From: an uncultured Alphaproteobacteria bacterium | GTDB lineage: Bacteria; Pseudomonadota; Alphaproteobacteria; Rhizobiales; Xanthobacteraceae | DNA: 64,000 nucleotides | Direction: 5' to 3' | Assembly (NCBI GenBank): GCA_963756245.1 | Contig: CAVWOI010000025.1 | Coordinates: 6,245 to 70,244, forward strand | Part shown: positions 10,756 to 21,133 of the stretch, piece by piece | How positions within the stretch are numbered: the stretch's first letter is position 1 | Layout of the letters: each line of letters starts with the position of its first letter | Notes under the pieces: model-generated | What the model was told of the DNA's origin: nothing | Databases searched by the model: none | Seen by the model: the letters and a program-made list of their open reading frames with translations, nothing else | Program-made: the position numbers and the translations under genes

Positions 10756-11450
10756 CCGTCCTTCAGCGCTCGGCCGAAATAGAGACTGATCGCGCTCACC
10801 GCCATCGACAGCACGATCAAAATCATGCCGAGCGCAAGCGCAAGGCTCAGATCGCCCTTGCTGGTTTCGAGCGCAATGGCGGTCGTCATGGTGCGGGTGT
10901 AACCGCGGATATTGCCGCCGACGATGATGATCGCGCCGACCTCGGCGATCGCACGGCCGAAAGCTGCGAGCCATGCGGTCAGTATCCCGTCACGGCCGAT
11001 CGCCATGAGCGGGCCGAGCGTACGAGCGCGCGATGCGCCATCGACCAGCATCGCATCGCCATAAGTGCGCCAATGCCCGACCGTGTTGCGGTGAACAAGC
11101 GCGATCACAATCGGCGTGCCGAGCGCGCATTGCGCGATGACCATGGCGGTCGGTGTGAACAGAATGCCGAACGAGCCAAGCGGACCCGAGCGCGACAGAA
11201 GGAGGTAAACCGCCAGTCCAACCACGACGGGCGGCAAGCCTAGCAGCGCATTGGCAATCACGATCAGCGCGCCGCGACCGCGAAAACGGTAGACGGCAAG
11301 CGCCGTCCCGAGCGGCGCGCCGATGACCAGCGCGCAGAGGCTCGCTGTCAGGCTGACTTTGAGCGAGAGGATGACGATCTCGCGTAAGCCGGCATCGTTG
11401 CTCGCGATCAGCGTCAGCGCCGTGCCTATCGCAGTCGAAAAATCGCTCAT
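10752..11450 (-). CDS. TupB-like ABC transporter permease
   Basis: 232 aa, multi-pass. EAA-like loop region (..DGASRARTLGPLMAIGRDGILTA..) and the GGNIRGYTRTMTTAIALETSKGD string typical of tungstate/CysTW-type permeases. Confidence 0.8.
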   Translation of the reverse strand: MSDFSTAIGTALTLIASNDAGLREIVILSLKVSLTASLCALVIGAPLGTALAVYRFRGRGALIVIANALLGLPPVVVGLAVYLLLSRSGPLGSFGILFTPTAMVIAQCALGTPIVIALVHRNTVGHWRTYGDAMLVDGASRARTLGPLMAIGRDGILTAWLAAFGRAIAEVGAIIIVGGNIRGYTRTMTTAIALETSKGDLSLALALGMILIVLSMAVSAISLYFGRALKDG

Positions 11451-11634
11451 GCCGAATCCCAGCCGATGTAATATAAGCGTTTCATGAGAACGATGGCCGG
11501 CGCATTTCTTCTCTTGCCCAAGCCGCCATAGTCGTCCGTCTCCCGGAAGCCCGCGTTTCGGGGATTAAGCTGCTGTCCCAATCGGCTAGAATGTCAAAGA
11601 GCGCGTTCAGAAAACCATCGCCCGGGCCCTCAGC

Positions 11635-12768
11635 GTGAAGCGCATCACAAGATTCTGGAAGAGCCTTCGCGCCCTCGGTCGTCATCGCCGCGTCCAGCTG
11701 GCGCTTTCGATCAGGGTGACGATTTCCGCCCTGGTCGCTCTTGCGCTTGCGCAATTGCTGCAACTTCCTCTGCCGTTGTGGGCGGTCCTGACCGCCGTCA
11801 TCGTGACGCAGATGAGCGTCGGACGGTCGATGAAGGCGACGTTCGATTATCTCGCGGGGACGCTGGGCGGCGCGATCTACGGCGGCGCCATCGGCGTCCT
11901 GATCCCGCATGGGAGCGAAATCGCGCTGCTCGCGGTTCTCGCCCTCGCCGTGGCCCCGCTGGCCTTCCTCGCGGCGATAAACCCCAGATTCTCCGTCGCG
12001 CCGGTCACCGCCATCATCGTGCTTTTGATTCCGATAATGACGCAAGCGAGCCCGCTCGCTTCGGCGCTTGATCGCGTCATGGAGGTCGCGCTCGGGGGCG
12101 TCACCGGGTTGATCGTTTCGTTTCTCCTGTTGCCGTCAAACGCTCATTCGTTGGTGGTCGCGGCGGCCGCCCGAACGCTTAATCAGATGGCGCGGGCTCT
12201 TGGCGAACTCCTTGCAGGCTTGACCCACGGTCTCGACATGGATGCGCTTCACCGCATTCAGGACGGTATCGGTCAGGCTTTGGTGCAAATGAATGCGGTG
12301 GGCGCCGAAGCCGAGCACGAGCGGTCGGCAGGCGTTGCCATCGGGCCCGACACCGGGCCGCTGTTGCGCACGCTGCTGCGGTTGCGCCACGACCTTGTGA
12401 TGGTCGGAAGGGCGGCCATCACGCCGCTGCCCGAAGCCTTGGCAACGCGGCTCGCATCGCCGATCGCGAATCTCGGCGCGGCCTTTGCCGATTATTTGCG
12501 GGCGAGTGGGGTGGCGCTGCTGGCGGGTCGCGGCCCGCCTTCGCTCAATGCCGTGGAATCGGCGCTTGATGCCTTTTCCGGCGAAATGGCTGCGCTCCGT
12601 CGCGAGGGTCTCACGCGCAGTCTTTCCGCCGATGCGGCGGAACACTTCTTCGCACTCGGCTTTGTGCTCGAGCAGATGCACAACAACGTCAAGGATCTCG
12701 AACGCTGCGTCGCTGATTGGGCTGGATCGCCCAAGCAAGCAGGGCGCGACAACAGCAAGTCCGATTGA
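11635..12768 (+). CDS. FUSC-family (aromatic acid exporter-like) membrane protein
   Basis: N-terminal half with about 6 hydrophobic helices, then a long helical cytoplasmic half. Pattern matches FUSC/ArAE family members. Confidence 0.7.
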   Translation: MKRITRFWKSLRALGRHRRVQLALSIRVTISALVALALAQLLQLPLPLWAVLTAVIVTQMSVGRSMKATFDYLAGTLGGAIYGGAIGVLIPHGSEIALLAVLALAVAPLAFLAAINPRFSVAPVTAIIVLLIPIMTQASPLASALDRVMEVALGGVTGLIVSFLLLPSNAHSLVVAAAARTLNQMARALGELLAGLTHGLDMDALHRIQDGIGQALVQMNAVGAEAEHERSAGVAIGPDTGPLLRTLLRLRHDLVMVGRAAITPLPEALATRLASPIANLGAAFADYLRASGVALLAGRGPPSLNAVESALDAFSGEMAALRREGLTRSLSADAAEHFFALGFVLEQMHNNVKDLERCVADWAGSPKQAGRDNSKSD

Positions 12769-12777
12769 TCCCGGTGC

Positions 12778-13059
12778 TCAGCGTGGCCCAAATACCGACC
12801 CCGGACTTCCCGGCGAAACCGGCGTCTCGGGCGACTGCGGTACCGTGTATGGAATCGACGGATTGAAGGTCGGTCCTGGCGTTGAGGGGGCACCTTCCAG
12901 CGTTGGCGATGGGCCGGAGAGGCCACGTATTGCGCCGGCCCCATGGCCGCCGGCAGCCTTGCCTTGCGCCTGGGCCTGTCCGACTGTCGCGAGCGCGCCG
13001 AACAAGACCATGCATGCGGCCAGGGACAACGCCGTCCGCTCAATTCTTCGCTTACGCAT
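12778..13059 (-). CDS. small secreted Pro/Gly-rich protein
   Basis: MRKRRIERTALSLAACMVLFGALATVGQAQA signal peptide, then a low-complexity P/G/S-rich mature part. Confidence 0.4.
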   Translation of the reverse strand: MRKRRIERTALSLAACMVLFGALATVGQAQAQGKAAGGHGAGAIRGLSGPSPTLEGAPSTPGPTFNPSIPYTVPQSPETPVSPGSPGSVFGPR

Positions 13060-13236
13060 TTGCGATCTCCATTGAGCCTGTCGCCTGCACTTGGAGATAA
13101 GCACTGGGACCTAAGCGCGCCAGCCGCGACCGCGACGCCGAGCGCCGATGCCTTCCAACGCTGAAGATTCGACCCGCACGCCGGCGGAAACCCTCTAGAC
13201 TCGCCACCGCGCGGGCATACATTTGCTGGCCGATGC

Positions 13237-14403
13237 ATGAGGCCAATGACTGACGAACGCGTCCTGCCCGCCAGGAGTGGTTTGATGGCTTATCGTTTCC
13301 TCCCGAGGAAAACCGCGATCGCCGCGGTTATCTTGAGCATCGGCTGCGCGGCCGCCGTGGCGCAGACGCCGCCCCCGCCGCCGGCGGTCACCGTGAGCCC
13401 GGTGGCCAATCGTCAAGTCACCGAGACCGGCGACTTCGTCGGCCGCGTGGTAGCGATCGACAAGGTCGACGTCGTCGCGCGCGTTGCGGGTTTCATCGAG
13501 CAGCGCAATTTCACCGAGGGCCAGCTGGTCAAGACCGGAGACCTGCTGTTTCGTATCGAACAGGACACCTACAAGGCGGCGGTCGATCAGCAGAACGCCA
13601 ATCTCGCCAAGGCCAAGGCCACCGAGGTCAACGCCAACCTGCAGCTGCAGCGCAGCCAGACGCTGGTCAAAAACCAGAACGTCCCGCAAGCCACCGTCGA
13701 TCAGAACGAGGCCACCGAGCTGGCCGCACAGGCCGACGTGTTGCAGGCCCAGGCGCTGCTCGAGCAGGCCAAGATCAATCTCGCCTACACGGAAATTCGC
13801 TCGCCGATCGACGGACGGATCGGCATTGCCAATTTCACCATCGGCAATCTCGTCGGCCCGACGTCCGGAAAGCTGGCGACCATCGTCAGCCAGAATCCGA
13901 TCTACGTCACCTTCCAGGCCAGCGAAGCCGACATCATCGAATACCGGCATCGGGTGGCCGCGTCGGCCGACAAGAGCCCGCGCGTCACCATCCACATCAA
14001 GCTGCCCGACGGCTCGATCTATCCGTATGCCGGCGTGACCAACTTTCTCGATGTTCAGGTCGAGGCCGAGACCGATACCGTCGTGGTGCGGGCGCAACTG
14101 CCGAATCCGGATGGGTTGTTGATCCCCAGCGGCATTGTCGGCGTCGTGGTCGAACGCGGCGCGCCGCATAGCTCCCTGGTCGTCGCCCAGTCCGCCGTCC
14201 AGCTCGACCAGGCCGGGCACTATGTCATGGTGGTCGACGACGCCAAGAAGGTCGAATTGCGGCGCATCACCACCGGCAGCGATCAGGGGCGCGACGTCGT
14301 CGTGACCAACGGGCTCAAGGAGGGCGAGCTCGTCATCGTCGAGGGGATTCAGAAAGTCCATCCCGGACAAATCGTGGCGGCGACCGTGGCGCCGGGAAAT
14401 TAA
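13237..14403 (+). CDS. RND efflux periplasmic adaptor (membrane fusion protein)
   Basis: Lipobox LSIGC, coiled-coil hairpin region and beta-barrel strings typical of AcrA/MexA. True start may be ATG 13285 (MAYRF..). Confidence 0.9.
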   Translation: MRPMTDERVLPARSGLMAYRFLPRKTAIAAVILSIGCAAAVAQTPPPPPAVTVSPVANRQVTETGDFVGRVVAIDKVDVVARVAGFIEQRNFTEGQLVKTGDLLFRIEQDTYKAAVDQQNANLAKAKATEVNANLQLQRSQTLVKNQNVPQATVDQNEATELAAQADVLQAQALLEQAKINLAYTEIRSPIDGRIGIANFTIGNLVGPTSGKLATIVSQNPIYVTFQASEADIIEYRHRVAASADKSPRVTIHIKLPDGSIYPYAGVTNFLDVQVEAETDTVVVRAQLPNPDGLLIPSGIVGVVVERGAPHSSLVVAQSAVQLDQAGHYVMVVDDAKKVELRRITTGSDQGRDVVVTNGLKEGELVIVEGIQKVHPGQIVAATVAPGN

Positions 14404-14406
14404 CGG

Positions 14407-17400
14407 ATGTTTTCCGGCATTTTCATCGACCGGCCGCGGTTCGCCGTCGTCATTGCGATCGTCATCACGCTGGCCGGCGCGATCGCGATCTCGGCGATCC
14501 CGATCGCGCAATTCCCCGATATCGTGCCGCCGCAGGTCACGCTGACCGCCAACTATCCCGGCGCCGACGCCGAAGTGGTCGAGACCACCGTGGCGCAACC
14601 GATCGAAGAACAGGTCAACGGCGTCGACAATGCGATCTATTACCAGTCCGCCAGCGGCTCCGACGGCAGCTATACGCTCAACGTGACGTTCGCCCTCGGC
14701 ACGGATCCGGACATCGACACCGTCAACGTGCAGAACCGCGCCAGCCTCGCCATCCCGCAGCTTCCCGACGAGGTGTCGCGCTCCGGCCTGTCGGTGCGCA
14801 AGAAATCCGCAGCCCTGCTTCAGGTCATCAATATCTACTCTCCGAAGAACACCTTCGACGCCGTCTATCTGAGCAACTACGCGACCATCAACATCATCGA
14901 CGCGTTGGCGCGGATCAAAGGCGTCGGCCAGGTCACCTTGTTCGGACCGCTCGATTATTCGCTGCGCATCTGGCTCGATCCGGATCGCCTGACCCAGCTC
15001 AACCTGACGCCGAACGACGTCATCGCGGCGGTGCAGAACCAGAACGTTCAGGCGGCGCTCGGCCGCGTCGGCGCCGCGCCGACCGGACGCGAGCAGCAGC
15101 TCCAGATCAACATCAAGACCAAGGGCAGGCTGACGCGGCCGGAGGAATTCGCCGGCATCATCCTGCGCGCCAATCCCGACGGTTCGGTGATCCGGATCGA
15201 CGACGTGGCGAGAGTCGAAATGGGGGCGCGATCGCAGGATCGCTACAGCCGCTTCAACGGCGCTCCGGCCGCCGCGATCGGCATCTACCAGTCGCCGGGC
15301 TCCAATGCGGTCGACGTGGCCAAGCAGGTCACCAACACCATGAACACGCTGGCGACGCGCTTCCCGGCCGATCTCGCCTATACGATGTTCTTCGATACCA
15401 CCGTCTTCGTCACCTCGACCATCGTCGAGGTGGTGCGTACGCTCGCCATCGCCATCGTCCTCGTCGGCATCGTGGTGTTCCTGTTTCTCGGCAAGGTGCG
15501 GACCACGCTGATCCCGCTGGTCGCGGTGCCGGTGTCGATCATCGGCACGTTCGCCGTGCTGCTGATCATCGGCTATTCGGCCAACACGGTGTCGCTGCTG
15601 GCGCTGGTGCTCGCCATCGGCATTGTCGTCGACGATGCCATCGTGGTGGTCGAGAACATCGAGCGGGTCATCGAGGAGGAGCCGGAGCTCAGCGTGCCGG
15701 ACGCCTGCAAAAAGGCGATGACCGAGATCACCGGCCCGATCCTCGCCATTACCTTCGTGCTGTTGTCGGTGTTCGTGCCGGTGGCCTTCATTCCCGGCAT
15801 CAGCGGCCAGCTGTTCCGCCAATTCGCGGTGGCGGTCTCGGTGGCGATGCTGATCTCGGCGCTCAACGCGCTGACGCTCTCTCCCGCGCTGTGCGCGGTG
15901 CTGCTCAAGCGCGGCCAGCGCAGTGGCGGTGTTATGCGCTACGTGCTGGACGGCATCGACAAGGTTCGCGGCGGCTACGTGGCGGCGGTGCGCCGGCTGT
16001 CGCGGGTGGCGTTGCTCAGTGTCCTGGTCGTTGCCGGCATTCTGGCGGCGTCGGTGCTGCTGTTCCGCGTCACGCCGCAGAGTTTCTTGCCGGACGAGGA
16101 CCAGGGCGCGATCTTCGCCGCCTTGCGGCTGCCGGAAGGCGCTTCCGTCGTTCGCACCGAGGCGGTGGTCAAGCAGGTCGAGGACATCGTCAAGCCGATC
16201 CCCGGCGTCGAAGGCGTGCTGTCGGTGGTCGGGTTGAATTTCATCGACTATGTGGCGGCGTCGAACCAGGCGTTTTTCGTCATTCGGCTGAAACCTTACG
16301 AGGTGCGCAACGATCCGGCGCAGAGCGCCAACGCGATCATTGCGCGGCTGCGGCCGCAACTGGCGGCGATCGAAGGCGCCATCGCTTTTCCGTTCAACCT
16401 GCCGCCGATCCTTGGCTTGGGCAATACCGGCGGTTTCCAATATGTGTTGGAGGCCCTGCAGGGCCAGTCGCCCACCGACGTCGCCGCCGTGTTGCGGGCA
16501 CTGATCGTGGCGGCGAACAGCCGGCCCGAGCTTGCCGCGGTGTTCAGCACCTATGCGGCCGACACGCCGCAGATCTATCTCGATATCGATCGCGACAAGG
16601 CGCAGGTGCTGGGCGTCAAGATTAGCGACATCTTTGCCGCGCTGCAATCGACGCTGGGTAGCTTCTACGTCAACGACTTCAATGTTTTCGGCCGCACCTG
16701 GCAGGTCAACATCCAGGCCGACACGCCGTTTCGCCAGCGCGCCGATGATATCGAACGCATCTATGTGCGCAACGCCACCGGCGGCATGGTGCCGATCCGC
16801 GCGCTGGCGGTGGCCAAGCTGGTGCAGGGGCCGCAGACCGTGGTGCGCTACAACGGCTACCGCGGCGCCGTGGTGAATGGCGCGCCGAAAGCGCCCTTCA
16901 GTTCCGGCCAGGCGCTGGCCGCGATGGAGAGCATATCGGCAACGACGCTGCCGGGCGGCTACACCTACGAATGGACCGGGACGGCGTTCCAGGAGAAAGC
17001 CGCGGCCGGACGTACGGGAATCGTGCTCGGGCTCGCCATTCTGTTCGCTTACCTGTTTCTGGTCGCGCTTTACGAAAGCTGGAATATTCCGGTTCCCGCT
17101 TTGCTGTCGGTCAGCGTCGGCATTCTCGGCGCGCTCGCCGCGGTGAAGATCGCCGGGCTGAGCTTCGACGTCTACGCACAGATTGGTCTTGTCTCGCTCA
17201 TCGCGCTGGCCGCCAAGAACGGCATATTGATCGTCGCCTTCGCGGTGGAACAGCGCGGCCTCGGCAAGGACGCCGTCGCGGCCGCCGTCGAAGCCGCGGC
17301 ATTGCGCTTTCGTCCCGTGATGATGACGAGCTTTGCCTTCATCTTCGGGCTGTTTCCGCTGGTGATCGCCAAAGGCGCGGGCGCGGCGTCGCGCCAGGCG

Positions 17401-17607
17401 GTGGGCACGCCGGTCTTCGGTGGCATGATCGCGGCGGCGGTTTTCGGCGTCTTTCTCATTCCGCTGCTTTTCATCGTCGCCGAACGCTTGCGGACGCGGA
17501 CCCCGGGCACTGGTCAGCCGTCGCCGCATATCCGGCCGCCCGCTATCTACCCGGCATTGCGCCGACTTTGGCGCCGCTCACTGCGGGCGCTTCGGGCGCG
17601 ATCCTGA
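14407..17607 (+). CDS. RND efflux permease (HAE-1, AcrB/MexB family)
   Basis: 1,066 aa. [20 protein letters not shown].. N-terminus and 12-TM architecture with two large loops. Starts 4 nt after the adaptor gene. Confidence 0.95.
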   Translation: MFSGIFIDRPRFAVVIAIVITLAGAIAISAIPIAQFPDIVPPQVTLTANYPGADAEVVETTVAQPIEEQVNGVDNAIYYQSASGSDGSYTLNVTFALGTDPDIDTVNVQNRASLAIPQLPDEVSRSGLSVRKKSAALLQVINIYSPKNTFDAVYLSNYATINIIDALARIKGVGQVTLFGPLDYSLRIWLDPDRLTQLNLTPNDVIAAVQNQNVQAALGRVGAAPTGREQQLQINIKTKGRLTRPEEFAGIILRANPDGSVIRIDDVARVEMGARSQDRYSRFNGAPAAAIGIYQSPGSNAVDVAKQVTNTMNTLATRFPADLAYTMFFDTTVFVTSTIVEVVRTLAIAIVLVGIVVFLFLGKVRTTLIPLVAVPVSIIGTFAVLLIIGYSANTVSLLALVLAIGIVVDDAIVVVENIERVIEEEPELSVPDACKKAMTEITGPILAITFVLLSVFVPVAFIPGISGQLFRQFAVAVSVAMLISALNALTLSPALCAVLLKRGQRSGGVMRYVLDGIDKVRGGYVAAVRRLSRVALLSVLVVAGILAASVLLFRVTPQSFLPDEDQGAIFAALRLPEGASVVRTEAVVKQVEDIVKPIPGVEGVLSVVGLNFIDYVAASNQAFFVIRLKPYEVRNDPAQSANAIIARLRPQLAAIEGAIAFPFNLPPILGLGNTGGFQYVLEALQGQSPTDVAAVLRALIVAANSRPELAAVFSTYAADTPQIYLDIDRDKAQVLGVKISDIFAALQSTLGSFYVNDFNVFGRTWQVNIQADTPFRQRADDIERIYVRNATGGMVPIRALAVAKLVQGPQTVVRYNGYRGAVVNGAPKAPFSSGQALAAMESISATTLPGGYTYEWTGTAFQEKAAAGRTGIVLGLAILFAYLFLVALYESWNIPVPALLSVSVGILGALAAVKIAGLSFDVYAQIGLVSLIALAAKNGILIVAFAVEQRGLGKDAVAAAVEAAALRFRPVMMTSFAFIFGLFPLVIAKGAGAASRQAVGTPVFGGMIAAAVFGVFLIPLLFIVAERLRTRTPGTGQPSPHIRPPAIYPALRRLWRRSLRALRARS

Positions 17608-17880
17608 TCTTTGCAGATGCAAGAGCTTGACGTTGAGAGCCGTCAACCACGTGAGGTCCCAGGCGTCGGCGAGGTTTTGCGGATCGCGAACTTTGGTCGT
17701 CGTGTAAGCGGCGTCGATCCCGGCATGATAAATATCGTCGGAAATATCGCGGAGCGCGTGGACGACCTGCAGGCCGCTCAAGCCTTTGGCGTTTTTGGCC
17801 AAGGTTTTCCAGAGGCTGGCGCGGAAGTCCGCTAGATCCCGCAACGGGCTTTTGGACTTGTTCAGCGATCGCGATGACAT
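17578..17880 (-). CDS. hypothetical protein
   Basis: 100-aa ORF from ATG 17880 ([19 protein letters not shown]..). Its 3' end overlaps the RND gene end convergently. No family recognised. Confidence 0.4.
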   Translation of the reverse strand: MSSRSLNKSKSPLRDLADFRASLWKTLAKNAKGLSGLQVVHALRDISDDIYHAGIDAAYTTTKVRDPQNLADAWDLTWLTALNVKLLHLQRSGSRPKRPQ

Positions 17881-17881
17881 C

Positions 17882-17917
17882 GTATCCACAAGCAACTGTG
17901 TATCCACAAGCAACTGT
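17882..17917. repeat. perfect 18-bp tandem duplication
   Basis: gtatccacaagcaactgt occurs twice back to back, immediately upstream of ATG 17880 on the minus strand. Confidence 0.95.
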
Positions 17918-17983
17918 AAAAAACGACAACGCGAGCCGCCGCCCGAGAGTTCCCATAAGCCGGATTGCCGTCCGCATCGGGAC

Positions 17984-18781
17984 TTATTCGCCCTTCCACT
18001 GCGGCGGGCGCTTGTTCAAAAACGCGTCCAGGCCTTCGCGAAAATCGCGGCTCATATAGCACATCAGGATCAAATCCTCGCCCTCGTCGCGGGTCAGCCG
18101 CCGCTGCAGGCGGGCCAGCGCCTGTTTGGTGGCGTTGAGCGTGAGCGGCGCGTTGCCGGCGATCAGCGTTGCCAATTCGCCGGCGCGCCGCTCCAGCGCC
18201 GCGAGGTCTTCGACGACCTCGTTGAGCAGGCCGACGCCGGCGGCTTCTTCGGCGCCAATGAGCCGCGCGGTGAAAATCAGATCCTTCACCCGCGCCGGTC
18301 CGACCAGCGCGGTGAGCCGGCTGATATTCGACATCGACAGGCAATTGCCCAGCGTGCGCGCGATCGGAAAGCCGAATTTGGTGCTTTTGGTGCCGATGCG
18401 CATGTCGCAGCACGCCGCGATCCCGGCGCCGCCGCCGGTGCAGGCGCCGTTGATCGCGGCAATCGTCGGCACGCGGCAGGCCTCGAGCATGCCGAGCACG
18501 CGATCGATGCGGGCCTCGTAGTCGAGCGCGTGCTGCGGCGTGGTGAATTCGCGGAACTGGTTGATGTCGGTGCCGGCGGCGAAGGCCTTGTCGCCGGCGC
18601 CCTGGAACACCAGCACCTTGATCGTACGGTCGCCATCGGCCTCCTCGCAAATCTGTGCCAGCCGTTCGTACATCGCGAACGTGAAGGCATTTCGGGCCTG
18701 TGGCCGGTTGAACGTCACCCGGCCGATGCCTTCGCGTTGATCAAAAAGGATGTCGTTTGACGGTGCGTTTGACTGATTCAT
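17984..18781 (-). CDS. enoyl-CoA hydratase/isomerase (crotonase) family protein
   Basis: VLVFQGAGDKAFAAGTDI, IAAINGACTGGGAGIAACCDMRI are crotonase oxyanion-hole motifs. Confidence 0.9.
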   Translation of the reverse strand: MNQSNAPSNDILFDQREGIGRVTFNRPQARNAFTFAMYERLAQICEEADGDRTIKVLVFQGAGDKAFAAGTDINQFREFTTPQHALDYEARIDRVLGMLEACRVPTIAAINGACTGGGAGIAACCDMRIGTKSTKFGFPIARTLGNCLSMSNISRLTALVGPARVKDLIFTARLIGAEEAAGVGLLNEVVEDLAALERRAGELATLIAGNAPLTLNATKQALARLQRRLTRDEGEDLILMCYMSRDFREGLDAFLNKRPPQWKGE

Positions 18782-18898
18782 GATCTTTGACCCGTTGCTT
18801 GGCGCGTGCAGCCACGATTGGTAACCAACTCGTTAACGCAACGGCAACGATTTTCACAGACCATGCGGGCTTCTACGGAAGGTTGAGACTTTTCCGCC

Positions 18899-20242
18899 AT
18901 GACGAAAACCGATCCGGTACAGGCCTTCGAGGCGCGCTTCAAGATGTACGGCCTCGACGGCCGGGCGCTCGACATCCTCGCCGAAGTCTGGCCGGTGATC
19001 GAACCGACGCTGGACCAGGCGATCGCCGAGATCATCACCGCGATCCGCTTCCTGCCCCGCGTTGGCGAGATCGTCGCCAGGAACGCGGAGCTCTACAAAA
19101 AACTCGAAGCCGCGCATTTCCGCGCGCTGCTCGGCGGCAAGCTTGACGGCGCTTACGCCGAATCGTGCCGGCACACCGTGGCGCAGGAGGCGGCGATCGG
19201 GCTCGATGCCCGCGTGCGCTCTACCGCCGGCAGTTACGTGCTCAAGGCGGCGCTCGATGCGCTGGCGCGCAAGTATTGGTTTTCCGCCGCGAAAGTCGCC
19301 GAGCGCGGCCGGGTCGTGTCGCAGGCCATCAGCTTCGACGTCGCCAACGCCATGACCTTGCATCGCCAGGCCGCCGAGCAGGCGAGCGCGGCACGGCGCG
19401 GCGCCATCGACGACGCGATCACGGAATTTGCCGGCGCCATCGGCGAAGTGGTCGAGGCGATCAAGGAAGCCTCGGGCTCGCTGACCGCGACCTGCTCGAC
19501 GCTCAACCAGGTCGCCGACGATACCCGCGGCCGCATGGCCTCGGCATCGTCGGCTTCGGCCGAGACCACGCAACGCATGGCGGCGACGGTGGCCGCCACC
19601 GAAGCGTTGTCGGAATCCATCGACGAGATCGGCCAGCAGTCGACCCGCGGCTTGAGCATGGCGCAGTCGGCGGCGACCGACGCCGCGCGCACGCAAGACG
19701 TCATCCGCTCGCTCGACGACGCCGCCGAGCGCATCGGCTCCGTGGTCGGCGCGATTTCGGCGATCGCGGCGCAGACCAATCTGCTGGCGCTCAACGCCAC
19801 CATCGAGGCGGCGCGCGCCGGCGAAGCCGGCAAGGGCTTTGCCGTGGTCGCCGCCGAAGTGAAGACGCTCGCCAACCAGACCTCGCGCGCCACCGACGAC
19901 ATCTCGCACCAGGTCGCCGCCATCCAGGACGCGACCAAGCGCTCGGTCGAGGAAATCTCCTCGATCGCGCGCGCCATCGGCGAGCTCACCGGCGTCTCGA
20001 CCAGCATCGCGTCGGCGGTGCAGGAGCAGGCGGCGACGACCAGCGCCATTGCCGAAAGCATTCAGGACGCCGCCGGCCACACCTCGCAAGCCTCGAGCGA
20101 AATCGGCTCCGCCGCCGAGGCGGTGACCCGCGGCGACGGCGCCGTCGGCGAAATCACCACCTGGACGGCGCGGCTGTCGGCGCGCGCCCACGATCTGGAA
20201 ACCAAGGTGGCGACCTTCTTCACCCGCGTCCGCGCGGCCTAA
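18899..20242 (+). CDS. soluble methyl-accepting chemotaxis protein with globin-coupled-sensor-like N-terminal domain
   Basis: No TM segments. C-terminal MCP signalling hairpin ([35 protein letters not shown]). The N-terminal ~160 aa follow the layout of globin-coupled sensor N-termini. Confidence 0.85.
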   Translation: MTKTDPVQAFEARFKMYGLDGRALDILAEVWPVIEPTLDQAIAEIITAIRFLPRVGEIVARNAELYKKLEAAHFRALLGGKLDGAYAESCRHTVAQEAAIGLDARVRSTAGSYVLKAALDALARKYWFSAAKVAERGRVVSQAISFDVANAMTLHRQAAEQASAARRGAIDDAITEFAGAIGEVVEAIKEASGSLTATCSTLNQVADDTRGRMASASSASAETTQRMAATVAATEALSESIDEIGQQSTRGLSMAQSAATDAARTQDVIRSLDDAAERIGSVVGAISAIAAQTNLLALNATIEAARAGEAGKGFAVVAAEVKTLANQTSRATDDISHQVAAIQDATKRSVEEISSIARAIGELTGVSTSIASAVQEQAATTSAIAESIQDAAGHTSQASSEIGSAAEAVTRGDGAVGEITTWTARLSARAHDLETKVATFFTRVRAA

Positions 20243-20243
20243 C

Positions 20244-20481
20244 CCTTTCCGCCCCCGCGAAGCGGGGGAGGGGGACCGCCCGAAGGGCGGTGGAGGGGGC
20301 GCAGGACTCAACGCGACGCAAGAGTCTTGGTGAGGTCCAAACATTTTCGCTCGCTCGCTTCTTATTGCTACGAAATCTTCCGCAACGATAACGAAGCTTA
20401 GAGTCCCGCGCCCCCTCCACCACGGTTCGCTCGCTTCGCGAGCTCCAGTGGTCCCCCTCCCCCGCTTCGCGGGGGCGGAAA
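20244..20481. repeat. long imperfect inverted repeat (REP/MITE-like, family B)
   Basis: Arms ctttccgcccccgcgaagcgggggagggggaccgcc..ggtggagggggcgc (20245-20302) and gcgccccctccacc..ggtccccctcccccgcttcgcgggggcggaaag (20408-20481), around a ~100-bp spacer. Confidence 0.8.
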
Positions 20482-20564
20482 GAAAAGCGGTCTCGTTCTC
20501 GCGATGCATCCGCATCCGAGTTTTGCGCAAGCCAGTGCCACGTGTTCGCCTCCAAAAAAATAAG

Positions 20565-20660
20565 GGGAGGCAGAGCGCCGAAAGGCGCAGATCCTGGGCC
20601 GCATCATCGGATGCGGCGCGCGCTGAGCGCAGCGCGCTCGCCTTTCGGCGCCCTACCACG
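20565..20660. repeat. palindromic element (family B-linked)
   Basis: gagcgccgaaaggcg ... cgcctttcggcgccc outer stem, enclosing ccgcatc atcg gatgcgg and gcgcgctgagcgcagcgcgc inner palindromes. Confidence 0.7.
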
Positions 20661-21056
20661 GCTCTGACCGCGGCGCCGAAGCGCCGCAGCTCAGTCCAGG
20701 CCGCGCTTCACGCGATGCAGCGCGCAGGCGTTACCCGCGCCTTGGCATCGCGCTTAAGCGAAGCACCTCGCGCGCCGGTCGTAATGCCGGCGGGGTCGAT
20801 GCCCGGACCGCCCGGGAGCGGAAGTGACGAGCTTCCGCCCGCAGGAACCGCACCCGCCCCGTCAGTCGGCGTCACCGGTTGACGTCCCCTTACGGTGGGC
20901 GGGATCAGGCCCGGTAATGCAATCGCGCCGCCCATGTCAAATGATTCGTTGCGCGCGAATTTGTCTCGATAATTCGCGCGGTTAGGCGCCGCGCTTTTTT
21001 GCGCGGCGAACGCCGGCGCTTATCGCGCGCAGAGACGGCAAAGATTCGCAACGCTA

Positions 21057-21086
21057 GGATGGGTAGAGCGAAGCGAAACCCATCAC
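21057..21086. repeat. REP half-element (family C)
   Basis: ggatgggtagagcgaagcgaaacccatcac. Same family as the inverted pair at 25755-25836. Confidence 0.75.
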
Positions 21087-21133
21087 TTTCTAGACGAGCC
21101 GCCGTGGGTTAAAATAAATGTGGAGATCGTGCG

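Noticed and set aside
11482-12045. 187-aa ORF upstream of the TupB-like permease as the missing ABC ATPase
   Set aside because: It has no Walker A/B or LSGGQ motif. It is antisense to the FUSC-family gene and its composition is Arg/Asp/Gly/His-biased.
13195-17529. 1,444-aa ORF antisense to the RND adaptor and permease genes
   Set aside because: Arg/Gly/Asp/His-rich low-complexity translation on the opposite strand of two unmistakable RND genes. This is a typical high-GC shadow ORF.
20448-20882. 144-aa plus-strand ORF in the REP-dense region
   Set aside because: It runs through repeat arms, has Arg/Ala/Pro/Ser-rich shadow-like composition, and has no RBS or family resemblance.
20560-20940. 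Possible structured ncRNA (I considered SRP RNA, RNase P RNA, 6S, tmRNA and a cobalamin riboswitch)
   Set aside because: I could not find the diagnostic conserved strings (SRP GGAA/AGCA domain IV motif, RNase P GAGGAAAGUCC, B12 box, tmRNA tag). The stems are better explained as REP-type palindromes. An Infernal scan would settle it.
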